This document shows, in pieces, positions 1 to 8,432 of a stretch of 51,959 bases of DNA. Position numbers and translations under genes: made by a program. The notes beneath the pieces are model-generated. The model was given only the letters and a program-made list of their open reading frames with translations. It made no database searches and was not told the DNA's origin. The DNA is from a virus (taxonomy: Duplodnaviria; Caudoviricetes): positions 1 to 51,959 of the IMG/VR virus record IMGVR_UViG_3300035670_000293; one strand, given 5' to 3'. The number at the start of each line of letters is the position of its first letter. Position 1 is the stretch's first letter.

Positions 1-260
1 ATCGTCATGGCTAGAAGCACCGGCTCACTCAGCTTGTACCGCCGCTCGAATTCGCGTGTTCCCAGCCCGTGGATGCCGTCCTGGCCTTGGTGATGTTCCG
101 GGCAGAGCGGGATAGCCAGGTAGTCGCTTGCGCGCTGCCCAATGCCCTCCGAAAATCGCGGGTGATGGATTTGCGCAGGCGTGTGCCCGTAACCCAAGTG
201 GCGGCATAGGATGCAACCCACGCTTGCCACCCGCCCGAGGTAATCAGACTTCTTGCTCAT
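1..260 (-). CDS. Ref-family (HNH-like) recombination enhancement nuclease, 3' end runs off the window
   Basis: Manual translation from ATG at 260: MSKKSDYLGRVASVGCILCRHLGYGHTPAQIHHPR...LAIPLCPEHHQGQDGIHG. CxxC...HH...PLCPEHH pattern; adjacent to ninB. Not in the ORF track because it is truncated. Confidence 0.75.
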   Translation of the reverse strand, partial: MSKKSDYLGRVASVGCILCRHLGYGHTPAQIHHPRFSEGIGQRASDYLAIPLCPEHHQGQDGIHGLGTREFERRYKLSEPVLLAMT

Positions 261-624
261 TGAACGCCACCCCGTTTTCTGCGCCGAACGCAAAGATCAA
301 CTCCATCAGGTCTGACATCTCGCGCTTGCTCATCCGGCTGGTTGATTTACCCAGCACCACAAATCCGCCGTCCAGCCCTGGCACCACGTCCTGCCTGCTC
401 AAGCTGGCCGTGAAGACGTGCTTCCAATCCTCCTGCTTCAACTTTCTGCCGTACCACTCAACCTGCCTGGATACATCGGTCAGCGCCGCCCAAAGCAGGG
501 CGTTCTGCTCAAGCGTCCTGGTCGGTTCTTTGATCTCCACAATCCAGCCTTCAGGCGCATCCGCAATTGCACGCGCCGCACCCTTTCTGGCCTGGTCATG
601 CACCAATCTGAATACTTGCTTCAT
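244..624 (-). CDS. ninB: NinB-family recombination protein
   Basis: RTLEQNALLWAALTDVSRQVEWYG...STSRMSKREMSDLMELIFAFGAE. Start chosen at MKQVF (ATGA overlap with the upstream gene). Confidence 0.85.
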   Translation of the reverse strand: MKQVFRLVHDQARKGAARAIADAPEGWIVEIKEPTRTLEQNALLWAALTDVSRQVEWYGRKLKQEDWKHVFTASLSRQDVVPGLDGGFVVLGKSTSRMSKREMSDLMELIFAFGAENGVAFNEQEV

Positions 625-806
625 CGCTCGCCGTACCTGTCTCGGCAGGGCGCGCACATGCCCTTGATCAGTCGCCCACTCCACTCCCCGCAGGTATCGC
701 ACTCACCCGGAATGCCGGGATCAATGCGTGCCGCCTCCCTGATTTTTGCAATCGCTTCAGCCTCTTCGGCCTCAATCCGCTCAGCGGTTTTATCAGCGTC
801 ATCCAT
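621..806 (-). CDS. TraR/DksA-like C4 zinc-finger protein
   Basis: MDDAD...GECDTCGE...GMCAPCRD. Confidence 0.65.
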   Translation of the reverse strand: MDDADKTAERIEAEEAEAIAKIREAARIDPGIPGECDTCGEWSGRLIKGMCAPCRDRYGER

Positions 807-939
807 TCGCATCCGTCCCTGGTTCGTACTCAAACATCACACAAATCCGCGATGGGCACGCCCTGCCGCCGATCTGGCACCAGAGCAATCCATCCGTGGC
901 TTGAAAGGCATAGCGGCAGCTTCGGCATGTGAATTTCAC
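799..939 (-). CDS. small Cys-rich hypothetical protein (46 aa)
   Basis: Manual: VKFTCRSCRYAF...WCQ...CPSRICVMFEYEPGTD. Overlaps the stop of dnaB and the start of the next gene, suggesting translational coupling. Confidence 0.5.
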   Translation of the reverse strand: MKFTCRSCRYAFQATDGLLWCQIGGRACPSRICVMFEYEPGTDANG

Positions 940-3425
940 AAGTCCCCCCGCGTCATGCGCCGGCCAGAATTTCGTTGGTTTTGTTCTGTATACTGACCAA
1001 AAAAGTCAGAAAATCGCACGTTTTCACCACAAAACGTGGTCAACACCGTACCTGTCTCCCCGTGCCTGTTTTTCCGGATCAGCACTTCGCAGATGCCCTT
1101 GTTCGGGCTGTCCGGGTTGTAGACTTCATCGCGGTACAGCATCAGGATTTGATCAGAGTCCTGTTCCACCGAACCTGAGTTGTGAACGACCAACCCGTTC
1201 GTCAGGAAATTGTGCGTACCCGGCACATGCAGATCGCACACCCGCACATCGCCATCCTGTTTCTCGACTGAATACACGCTGGCCCAGCCCATGTCCTGCA
1301 TGGTCATGAACGGTGATTCCTCAATCGTGGCGACTGGGCACTCCACCAGCATCGACGCCATGCGTGCCTTCGGAATCTGCTTTACCCCGCCCCGGACTCG
1401 CCGCTGAATGCGCTGCCGTCCGCGATAGAGTTCTTCCATCAACTCAACAAAGATGGCAGGGGAGGGGTCAACACGCCGACCGCTTGCCGATTCAAGCTCG
1501 CCAAACCGTCCACGATCAGAGCAAATCCCTACCAGATTCGCGTTATCAGCGGTCGAGCACGAAACATCCCACATCCCGGAGTGTCCATTTTCGTAAAACA
1601 GCAAGGTCGAGCGAACGCCAACCGTGTGCAGCAACCACTTCACCTGGCGCGCCAGCCGTTCACTGCATGTCGCATACTTCGCACGCCCATGCGTCACCGT
1701 CCCGTCAGACTCGAACAGGCCACGCAGCAAGGCGCGGTGCGTCTCGTCACTCGTCCCGAGGAATGCGTCCGGAATAAACTTCTCGCACGCCTTCACGCCA
1801 CCCAGTCCAAGGCCACGAATCCAGGCCATCAGCGGGTTTAACAGCGATCCAGACTCAACGCCATTCGACAGGTATGCTTCTGTGACATTCGGGCTGCGCT
1901 GAACCTTGCGCTTACGCACAGTCACCCCAAACGCCTCAACGGCCACGCACACGTCGTCATGCAATTCATTGCGGTACACCAGACTGGGTGTGCTCGACAG
2001 GTTCCCGTTACCAATCAGCCAGCCCAACAAACGACCATGCCGTTCATGACCTCGATTTGCATGCGGAATGCGTGTCGGGCACGCAATCACATCCCGGCCA
2101 GGCACAATGTCGCGCACCTCTTTCCACCCAGTACCCGTAAGCACCTGATGCCGCGCCGTGGCAGAGAACGCGCCAAACTGCGTGGAAACGCGATAAACCG
2201 TGTTGTAACGCTTCTCAATGAAGGAACAGTCGGCAACAAACGAACCCTCGTCATTCACCGTAATGATCGAATCCGGTCGCGTATTGAGTTGCACAGGGCC
2301 AGCCGGCGTATCCACCCACTCATCAACCGGCAAACACTCCCGCAAATCCGCCATCTGCGGCCTTCTGTCCGTCCTGTCCTCCAGCTTCCTATTCAACTGC
2401 GACAACGCAAGAATCGGACACTCAAGCTGCTTCGCAGCAAGCTTCAGGCTGCGCGTGATCTTCGCCACTTCCTGTTCGCGGCTATCCGCCTCTGTGGTCA
2501 CCAACCCGATGTAGTCAACCACGACAACACCAAGCCCGTGCCGGCGCCTGAACTGCCGGGCGGTAGAGAGGATTTGCCCAAGGGTATGGCTATGGTCATC
2601 CAGGTAAACAGGCATCTCCTGCATGCGGCCAAGCGCGACCGTCAGCCCGTCCCAATCCTGCTCTTCGAGCGCACCCGTCCTGAACTTCTTCAGGTTCACC
2701 CGTCCCGCGCTGGACATCAACCTGTCAACGAGTTGCGCTGAACTCATCTCCAGGCTAAAAATCAACGCAGGGCTTTCCGGTGTCGCCATGTGTGCGGCAA
2801 CCTGAATCGCGAAGGCCGATTTGCCCATTGCGGGTCTGCCGGCAATCACAACAAGGTCACCCGCCCGAATGTTGCCAAGCTTCGCATCCAGGTCCGTAAG
2901 ACCGGTGCTCCATGCCTTGTCTTTGCCGTCGAGAATGTCTTCAAGCGCCGTAATCCGGTCCCGTGCCACATCAAGCACGCTTACAGGCTGGCGCGTCTCC
3001 GCACGCTCACCGATAGCCATGATCTGTGCCTGAGCACGATCCAGCACCGCCGCGATGTCCCCATCCGTATGCAGGCTCTCGCCGATTGTCCGCAGCGCAG
3101 CCAGCAAGCCACGCCGCACACCACGCTCACGGATTTGCTCGGCATGCGACTTGATGCCCGCCGGCGAGTAAACCGACTGCGCCATGGCGCTCAGGTACTC
3201 AAGCCCACCCACATCATCCAGATGACCGTCTCGCTCAAGCTGATCCGCCACAGTCAGGGCGTCAATTGCCTCGCCACGCACCAGCAGTTTCTGGATGGCG
3301 CGCCAAATCAATCCATTCGCCTGAGATTGAAAATCGGATTCAGCCAGGCTGATGTCATCGAGCGCATCAGGCCAGAGCATGGCCGCGCCGAGAAGGCTCT
3401 GTTCGGCAGGAAGTGAATCAAGCAT
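936..3425 (-). CDS. dnaB: replicative DNA helicase DnaB (intein-containing)
   Basis: N-terminal AEQSLLG, Walker A AGRPAMGKS, VVDYIGL, LSQLNR, DLRE-[intein]-SGSVEQDSD, KNRHGETG. Confidence 0.97.
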   Translation of the reverse strand: MLDSLPAEQSLLGAAMLWPDALDDISLAESDFQSQANGLIWRAIQKLLVRGEAIDALTVADQLERDGHLDDVGGLEYLSAMAQSVYSPAGIKSHAEQIRERGVRRGLLAALRTIGESLHTDGDIAAVLDRAQAQIMAIGERAETRQPVSVLDVARDRITALEDILDGKDKAWSTGLTDLDAKLGNIRAGDLVVIAGRPAMGKSAFAIQVAAHMATPESPALIFSLEMSSAQLVDRLMSSAGRVNLKKFRTGALEEQDWDGLTVALGRMQEMPVYLDDHSHTLGQILSTARQFRRRHGLGVVVVDYIGLVTTEADSREQEVAKITRSLKLAAKQLECPILALSQLNRKLEDRTDRRPQMADLRECLPVDEWVDTPAGPVQLNTRPDSIITVNDEGSFVADCSFIEKRYNTVYRVSTQFGAFSATARHQVLTGTGWKEVRDIVPGRDVIACPTRIPHANRGHERHGRLLGWLIGNGNLSSTPSLVYRNELHDDVCVAVEAFGVTVRKRKVQRSPNVTEAYLSNGVESGSLLNPLMAWIRGLGLGGVKACEKFIPDAFLGTSDETHRALLRGLFESDGTVTHGRAKYATCSERLARQVKWLLHTVGVRSTLLFYENGHSGMWDVSCSTADNANLVGICSDRGRFGELESASGRRVDPSPAIFVELMEELYRGRQRIQRRVRGGVKQIPKARMASMLVECPVATIEESPFMTMQDMGWASVYSVEKQDGDVRVCDLHVPGTHNFLTNGLVVHNSGSVEQDSDQILMLYRDEVYNPDSPNKGICEVLIRKNRHGETGTVLTTFCGENVRFSDFFGQYTEQNQRNSGRRMTRGDL
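1179..2336 (-). mobile_element. intein (386 aa) with LAGLIDADG homing endonuclease
   Basis: Starts CLPVDEWV and ends NFLTNGLVVHN, with Ser at +1. Block B ATARHQVLT; endonuclease motifs LLGWLIGNG and LLRGLFESDG. Confidence 0.95.
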
Positions 3426-4263
3426 CGGCGTTCACCTTGTCAGCAATGCGGCCACGGCTTGTCACCATCACCCGCCCCTGCTCGTCCAGGGTCCACAAAC
3501 CGAACCAGTTACCCTCTACGCATTTCCTGAAGGCCTTGCGCCAGTCTCGGTATCGTTTCGTCTCGTCCGTACCGCCCTTGCCATACCGGCGAACGAATTC
3601 TTGCCAGCAGAGAACAACCAAATCCTCCGGCAGCCCGATCTTGTCCGCAAAAGTCCAGACCGGCTGATACTCGCTGATTGGTTTTTCGCCGGCAGTCTTG
3701 CAGCGGTCCAGGAATGTGGCGAACGCAATCGCGTGCCCGTTCACAGGGGGTTTGTGCGCAACATCCTGTGTCACACTGTCCGTGACATCATTCGTGACAT
3801 CGCGTGACTCTTCGTGACTCTGCGTGACATCGCGTGACATTTCGTGACATTTCGTGACACCCTCAACTGTCACACACTCATTGTTCGAGTCACGATTTTC
3901 ACCAGAGTCTCTAAGTCTTTGTCTTTGCTCTCTTTTTCGTTCTGCTGCGGTTTTGGCAGAAGAAGATTCCTCACGCGCAGGTTGGCGCTTCTTCCATCCA
4001 GTTAGGGATTTACCATCAAGCACGCGCCCCTGCATGGCGTTCATGATCGACTGAATTTGTGCTTCGTCCGCATCAAGCGCAGACGCCAAGTCTTCAGTCG
4101 TGACATCTGCGTGACCTCGCGTGACATTGCGTGACGCATCAACAAGAAGATGCAGATACACGGCCAGCACCATTGAAATGGGCTGCGCAGACACGCGGGC
4201 CACGGTTCGCCACTTCGGGTCGTTCGGCATATCATGCCAAAGCCTGAGCCATTCACTAGACAC
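3418..4263 (-). CDS. phage replication initiator (lambda O-like)
   Basis: WLRLWHDMPNDPKW N-terminus, WKKRQ...AAERKREQR, internal iteron-encoded repeat, C-terminal DWRKAFRKCV. Directly upstream of dnaB. Confidence 0.8.
   Translation of the reverse strand: MSSEWLRLWHDMPNDPKWRTVARVSAQPISMVLAVYLHLLVDASRNVTRGHADVTTEDLASALDADEAQIQSIMNAMQGRVLDGKSLTGWKKRQPAREESSSAKTAAERKREQRQRLRDSGENRDSNNECVTVEGVTKCHEMSRDVTQSHEESRDVTNDVTDSVTQDVAHKPPVNGHAIAFATFLDRCKTAGEKPISEYQPVWTFADKIGLPEDLVVLCWQEFVRRYGKGGTDETKRYRDWRKAFRKCVEGNWFGLWTLDEQGRVMVTSRGRIADKVNADA
3770..3874. repeat. iteron array, probable replication origin
   Basis: CGTGAC at 3781, 3793, 3803, 3813, 3823, 3833, 3843 and 3853 (10-bp period), flanked by inverted GTCACA at 3770 and 3869, inside the initiator gene. 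Confidence 0.8.
4099..4135. repeat. second iteron cluster
   Basis: CGTGAC at 4099, 4110, 4120, 4130. Confidence 0.65.
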
Positions 4264-4426
4264 GCCACACCCCGCTTGCGCGCTCCATGCGCTCGATCTG
4301 CCTTGGCGAACGTGTTCTGCAAAGCTCCGCAAAGGCCTTGTAATTCGCTTCGCACGGGTGGCGCAAAAAGCGTTTGCGGGCACGCTTCAGGCGCAGTTCA
4401 TGCAGAAGGTCGCGCAGGGTGTTCAT
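4256..4426 (-). CDS. hypothetical basic protein (56 aa)
   Basis: Manual: MNTLRDLLHELRLKRARKRFLRHP...RSPRQIERMERASG. ATGA coupling to the antirepressor gene. Confidence 0.55.
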   Translation of the reverse strand: MNTLRDLLHELRLKRARKRFLRHPCEANYKAFAELCRTRSPRQIERMERASGVWRV

Positions 4427-5157
4427 GCGGCCTTCCCTTCTTCGATCATCTCAGCCAGCTTGGCCAATCCCTTAGCCGTCACTCGCGGCTGCGTGTCAGT
4501 CCATTCGCTGCCATCAGGGCGCATTCCTGTGGTGGTTTTATGCTCCATCAAGCCTTGGCGAATTCTGTTCTGATGCGCCAGCCAACCAGCACCCATTGGG
4601 CGGCGGTACGTCCATCCAGACTCATGCAGATAGCCAAACAGCCACTTCGGGCCGACCTGAAGCGTCTTGGCTGCGTCTGTGATGCACAGTGAACCATCGC
4701 TGGCCGTGGCAATACGGTCCAGTGCAGCAACCTTGGGCTGCATCGCCTCGTTTGCGGCCTGCAAGGCAATGACTTTTTCAGAGTATGTAAGCAAGGCCTG
4801 ACGCAGCGCATTCGGGTCAGAGAGCATCTGCATTGGGTCTTTTGCACGACGCTCGCACTCCAGAAAATACTGACGCGCTTCCTTGCCCTTATCGTTGCGC
4901 TCGACCATGGACAGTTCTTTCGCCATGTCTAGGCTGATGTAGTAGTCGATCTTCTGCTTTGCGCCAGACGGAAGCTGCTCCATAAATTTATGGACAAGGT
5001 AATCCACGCCCTCGACAAAGCCATACTGCTCGATCCGGCCTTTGATCCAGGTCGAAAAGTCCTGCTTACTCTCCAGAAACGCATGCAGATCGCGTGCATT
5101 GACCGTCTGAACAGTCACACCATTGAAGGTGTTGCTTGAAACTGAAATGATGTCCAT
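4423..5157 (-). CDS. antirepressor (AntA/AntB N-terminal domain + KilAC domain)
   Basis: VNARDLHAFLESKQDFSTWIKGRIEQYGF...SLDMAKELSMVERNDKGKEARQYF; C-terminal PKVAALDRIA...ITDAAK...VTAKGLAKL. Confidence 0.92.
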   Translation of the reverse strand: MDIISVSSNTFNGVTVQTVNARDLHAFLESKQDFSTWIKGRIEQYGFVEGVDYLVHKFMEQLPSGAKQKIDYYISLDMAKELSMVERNDKGKEARQYFLECERRAKDPMQMLSDPNALRQALLTYSEKVIALQAANEAMQPKVAALDRIATASDGSLCITDAAKTLQVGPKWLFGYLHESGWTYRRPMGAGWLAHQNRIRQGLMEHKTTTGMRPDGSEWTDTQPRVTAKGLAKLAEMIEEGKAA

Positions 5158-5222
5158 AATCTACCCAATTCAAGTTGAACCCCGCCGAGGCCTGCCAGCC
5201 TATGACGCGGGGTTTTCTTTTG
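5132..5222 (+). ncRNA. putative sar-like antisense sRNA unit opposite the antirepressor leader
   Basis: TTGCTT(5132)-17bp-CATAAT(5155) promoter, then AACCCCGC...GCGGGGTT followed by TTCTTTT. Confidence 0.5.
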
Positions 5223-5535
5223 CGCGCCACACAACCGGCTCGCACCCTTGCCGCTGAACCAGCCAGCAGCTTGTTCCTGCAATCTTGTTAAGCAGCATCC
5301 ACGGCATTCGGCGTTTCTCTGCCTGCATGCGCGCCTGCTTCTTGTGCACTACGCTGATCGTCACCGTGTTCTTCACTTCCACGCACCAGGCCTTCCCGTC
5401 CGGGTCAGTCGCAATCAAGTCCTCAGTCGCCAGGCCAGCAGTCAGGTCAGCCACCGACCAGTCACGATCCGTCAGCAAGTGCTTTGCCTCCGTCTCGCCG
5501 CGCCGGCCCTTGGCGCGAGTCGCACGCCCGCTCAC
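5200..5535 (-). CDS. PD-(D/E)xK nuclease, Holliday junction resolvase-like
   Basis: RAKGRRGETEAKHLL...DLIA...VEVKN. Confidence 0.7.
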   Translation of the reverse strand: MSGRATRAKGRRGETEAKHLLTDRDWSVADLTAGLATEDLIATDPDGKAWCVEVKNTVTISVVHKKQARMQAEKRRMPWMLLNKIAGTSCWLVQRQGCEPVVWRAKENPAS

Positions 5536-5885
5536 TTCAACGCCTTCCTGGCCAGCACAGTCAGCGCCGCAAGTTCTTCCTCCGGCACAATGCACGCGCC
5601 AGCCTCTGCCTCAACAACGTGCAGGCCGCGCCGCTGCATGGCTGCGAACAACATCGCAACATCGCTCAAGCTCAAGCCGCCATCGCCCGTAATGGCGCGG
5701 CTCATCTTCGATTCCGAGATACCGATGTCGAGGGCGATTTCTTTCTGATGACCGCCCGACAACCGCTGGCGCAGCGCCGTTTCAATGACTCGCGCAACCT
5801 CCCGCAACTCGGCAAACGTCGCCCTGTCCTCTGCGTGCGTGGCATTGCGTCGGATGTCGTCTAAGTTGTAAGTGTCGGCAGCCAT
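5532..5885 (-). CDS. CII-like HTH transcriptional regulator
   Basis: QKEIALDIGISESKMSR helix-turn-helix; positioned downstream of cro. Confidence 0.6.
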   Translation of the reverse strand: MAADTYNLDDIRRNATHAEDRATFAELREVARVIETALRQRLSGGHQKEIALDIGISESKMSRAITGDGGLSLSDVAMLFAAMQRRGLHVVEAEAGACIVPEEELAALTVLARKALK

Positions 5886-6047
5886 CAGGAGATACCCATG
5901 AATTCAAAAAAAATCCCCCAGACCCAAACGGGTCCGAGGGCAAACCCCTGCGAAGGGGAGGAGGGAGTCAGCAGACAAGCCGGTCTGCCAGCGGGAAAAA
6001 AGACCCGCCTGGGTGCGCGTGCAGGCAGAGGCGTGGCGGGCATCCAT

Positions 6048-6692
6048 CTAGGCGTTACCCAAGAACAATTCAGGATTAGTAGTCTGGAAGTACATCCTCC
6101 AGTTTTTAGGCATTCCGTTATTACGCCACTGAGAAACAGCGCCAGTGGTCAAGCCGCACATTTCAGCGACCTTGCCGGTTCCTCCAAGTGCATCAATTAC
6201 TCGAACGTCATTGGCAACACACTTTTTTGCGACAATCGTTTCGCGCAAGCGCGAAACAGGAATATTGAGATGCTTCGCAACGAACTCCGAAACATCGTCA
6301 GTGCTACCTCTGCGCAGATTGCACCCCCTACAAACAGGGACAACATCCAACGGCTTTGTGTAATTCCTGTGATCGTAGTCAGTGGCTGGCTTCCCGCAGT
6401 CAACACATACAAATTCTTTGGCTGGCTTCAATTTCCCTTTTCGCCTCGCCTCAGCAACAGCAGAAGCGACCTTGACCCTTGCATCACCAACAGCACGCGC
6501 GCACTCATTGGAGCAGTAGCATGTGATCTTGATGCGACTCCTTGGTATCTGTGCGCCGCAAAGCGCGCATCCTTTGCTTTCTCCAAGAAGAGCCTCATAT
6601 TCGTTTTTCCTCTGACAATGAAGACAAATATCGCCTTTTGCGCGATGAATGCGGCCACATTGCGTACATTCATGCTTTTTATACGTCGGCAT
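6048..6692 (-). CDS. Zn-finger/HNH-like domain fused to a C-terminal Cro-like HTH
   Basis: CVDCGKPATDYDHRNYTKPLDVVPVCRGCN, then VIDALGGTGKVAEMCGLTTGAVSQWRNNGMP. Confidence 0.75.
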   Translation of the reverse strand: MPTYKKHECTQCGRIHRAKGDICLHCQRKNEYEALLGESKGCALCGAQIPRSRIKITCYCSNECARAVGDARVKVASAVAEARRKGKLKPAKEFVCVDCGKPATDYDHRNYTKPLDVVPVCRGCNLRRGSTDDVSEFVAKHLNIPVSRLRETIVAKKCVANDVRVIDALGGTGKVAEMCGLTTGAVSQWRNNGMPKNWRMYFQTTNPELFLGNA

Positions 6693-6903
6693 TGTTACGG
6701 CCCTCCCTCAGCACACCCCAATCAATGTCTGGCCTCAGTTCTTCGCAACGAACAGCGCCAGCCGTCATCCTTTCGATTGACGGACATCTCTCAGCAGGAA
6801 CTCCACGGGCACGCCAATTCACGACGTGCTGCGGAGTTACTCCAAGCGCCTTGGCAAGCAATGTGATGCCGCCAACATGTTTGATTGCAGCTTCTATGGT
6901 CAT
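6679..6903 (-). CDS. cro: Cro/YdaS-family repressor
   Basis: AIKHVGGITLLAKALGVTPQHVVNW...VPAERCPSIE...VRCEELRPDIDW; divergent from cI. Confidence 0.88.
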   Translation of the reverse strand: MTIEAAIKHVGGITLLAKALGVTPQHVVNWRARGVPAERCPSIERMTAGAVRCEELRPDIDWGVLREGRNNADV

Positions 6904-6911
6904 GGCGGAAG

Positions 6912-6940
6912 ATACTACACGCCATGTTTAGTCATGTCAA
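6912..6940 (-). promoter_or_regulatory. PR-like sigma70 promoter
   Basis: TTGACA-17bp-TAGTAT on the minus strand, 8 nt before the cro ATG (near-leaderless). Confidence 0.8.
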
Positions 6941-6986
6941 CATGGCGTTTCTTGCGTCACAAGCTCTCTGGGTAAACAATATGTGT
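6917..6986. promoter_or_regulatory. three OR-like operators
   Basis: ACACGCCATGTTT (6917), CAACATGGCGTTT (6938), AAACAATATGTGT (6974); same pseudo-palindrome as the OL sites. Confidence 0.7.
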
Positions 6987-7628
6987 ATGAATGAGACGCC
7001 GCTTACACGCTTACATGAATGGCTGACAACGAACGGCAAATCATGGGCCGACCTTGCCAGGTTGCTTGGCTACTCTGAGCAGCGGCTAACAAACTGGAAA
7101 AAAAGAGGCGAAATACCTAAAGGCGAGCATCAAGCGATAGCAAACGCAATCGGCGAGTCGATAGACTGGCTGGCCAACGGTAAAGGCAAGTCAGCAAGCG
7201 AAGCAAAAGAACCAGGGGATGAATTTGTGGCCGTGCAACGTGTGAATTTACGGGTGTCAGCCGGTGTCACTGGCTATCGTGTTGAGCACCTGGAAGGCAA
7301 TGGCCAGCCAGTGTTTTTCAGGGCCGACTGGATCGCCAGCAAAGGGTACAAAGCCGAGAAACTTTATGCGCTGAAAGTGAGCGGCGAGAGCATGGAGCCA
7401 GGCCTGTGGGACGGCGACTTGATCGTGATGGACAGCGCGCAGACCGCTCCGATGGACGGAGAAGTGTATGTCGCCAACTATGAGGGTGAGGTTGTAATCA
7501 AACGCTTGGAGCGCAACGCAGGCGAATGGTGGCTAACAAGCGACAATCCGCGATTCAAACCCAAGAAGTGCGATGAACACGCTGAGTTGTTGGGCAGGGT
7601 GATCTACAAGCAGAGCGAGCGGATATGA
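6981..7628 (+). CDS. cI: CI-like repressor (HTH + S24 peptidase)
   Basis: SWADLARLLGYSEQRLTNWKKRG HTH; VSAG cleavage site, GESMEP, VIKRL. Start is 6981 or 6987. Confidence 0.93.
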   Translation: MCMNETPLTRLHEWLTTNGKSWADLARLLGYSEQRLTNWKKRGEIPKGEHQAIANAIGESIDWLANGKGKSASEAKEPGDEFVAVQRVNLRVSAGVTGYRVEHLEGNGQPVFFRADWIASKGYKAEKLYALKVSGESMEPGLWDGDLIVMDSAQTAPMDGEVYVANYEGEVVIKRLERNAGEWWLTSDNPRFKPKKCDEHAELLGRVIYKQSERI

Positions 7629-7852
7629 CAAACAAAACGATCATCATCATCAGCGTTTGGCTTTCCATCCTGCTTGCGTGGGCGACATGGCAAAACAGGT
7701 ACATCACAATCGAGTCCGGCAAGCATGGCGCCGTGCTGTACGACACCTGGGGTAAGCGCGTGCTGATTGTTCATGACGGCATAAGAGGCGGTATTGAGGC
7801 TGCGGCATGGGGCGATGTGGATAGCTATTCACTGGATAGCCTAAGAAAATAA
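7625..7852 (+). CDS. small membrane-anchored protein co-transcribed with cI
   Basis: N-terminal hydrophobic helix IIIISVWLSILLAWA; ATGA overlap with cI. Confidence 0.55.
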   Translation: MTNKTIIIISVWLSILLAWATWQNRYITIESGKHGAVLYDTWGKRVLIVHDGIRGGIEAAAWGDVDSYSLDSLRK

Positions 7853-7882
7853 TGCAGTGACTCTGACTGAGACCATGCGCCG

Positions 7883-8335
7883 CTAACCGACCACCTTAAG
7901 CCGGCCAATTTCTGCAAGCCTGTCAGCCGCTTCATTGCCTGGCGTTCCAATGTGGCCGCGCCACCATTCAAACATCACATTCCTGCCGTCAGAGAGTCGA
8001 GCATACTCAGACCAAAGATCGAGGTTCGACTTGCGTTTCCAACGGCCAACCGCACAAAGCAACACAAGCTGCGAGTCGGTGCGGATGATGATGTCGCCCG
8101 TCGTGTTCTCCAAGGCTTTCAACACGGCGGTCATTTCCATCCGGTTGTTTGTAGTGCTTCGTTCACCACCCATGTGTTCGGCCAACTTGGCGCCGTCCTT
8201 CTCTACCAGCACACCCCATCCACCCGCGCCTGGGTTGGGTTCGCAGGCACCGTCTGTCCAAGCTACTACCACACCCTCTGTTTCGTACCGCCTTGTCACC
8301 AGTTGTTGAACACTGACTTTCTTCTTACCCATCAC
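7883..8335 (-). CDS. rnhA: ribonuclease HI
   Basis: WTDGACEPNPGAGGWG, TTNNRMEMTA, TDSQ, WWRGHIGTPGNEAADRLA (all catalytic D/E/D/D residues present). Confidence 0.95.
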   Translation of the reverse strand: MMGKKKVSVQQLVTRRYETEGVVVAWTDGACEPNPGAGGWGVLVEKDGAKLAEHMGGERSTTNNRMEMTAVLKALENTTGDIIIRTDSQLVLLCAVGRWKRKSNLDLWSEYARLSDGRNVMFEWWRGHIGTPGNEAADRLAEIGRLKVVG

Positions 8336-8388
8336 TCACTCCGAACAAAGTAAAGAAACCGAGAAACAAGGAAACGGACGGAGTTCAG

Positions 8389-8432
8389 ACAAAAACCTCC
8401 CAAACGCGCTATCAAAAGCACGTTCAGGAGAA
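8389..8432 (-). terminator. intrinsic terminator-like hairpin upstream of rnhA
   Basis: CTCCTGAACGTGC-loop-GCGCGTTTGGGAG followed by GTTTTTG on the minus strand. Confidence 0.55.

Noticed and set aside
3770-3874. Short regular repeats as a possible CRISPR array
   Set aside because: 10-bp period, no unique spacers and no cas genes; these are iterons.
5898-6866. 322-aa + strand ORF antisense to cro and the HNH-Cro fusion
   Set aside because: No recognisable motifs and reads as a shadow frame. Unlike 27989-28471, only one strand has a protein signature.
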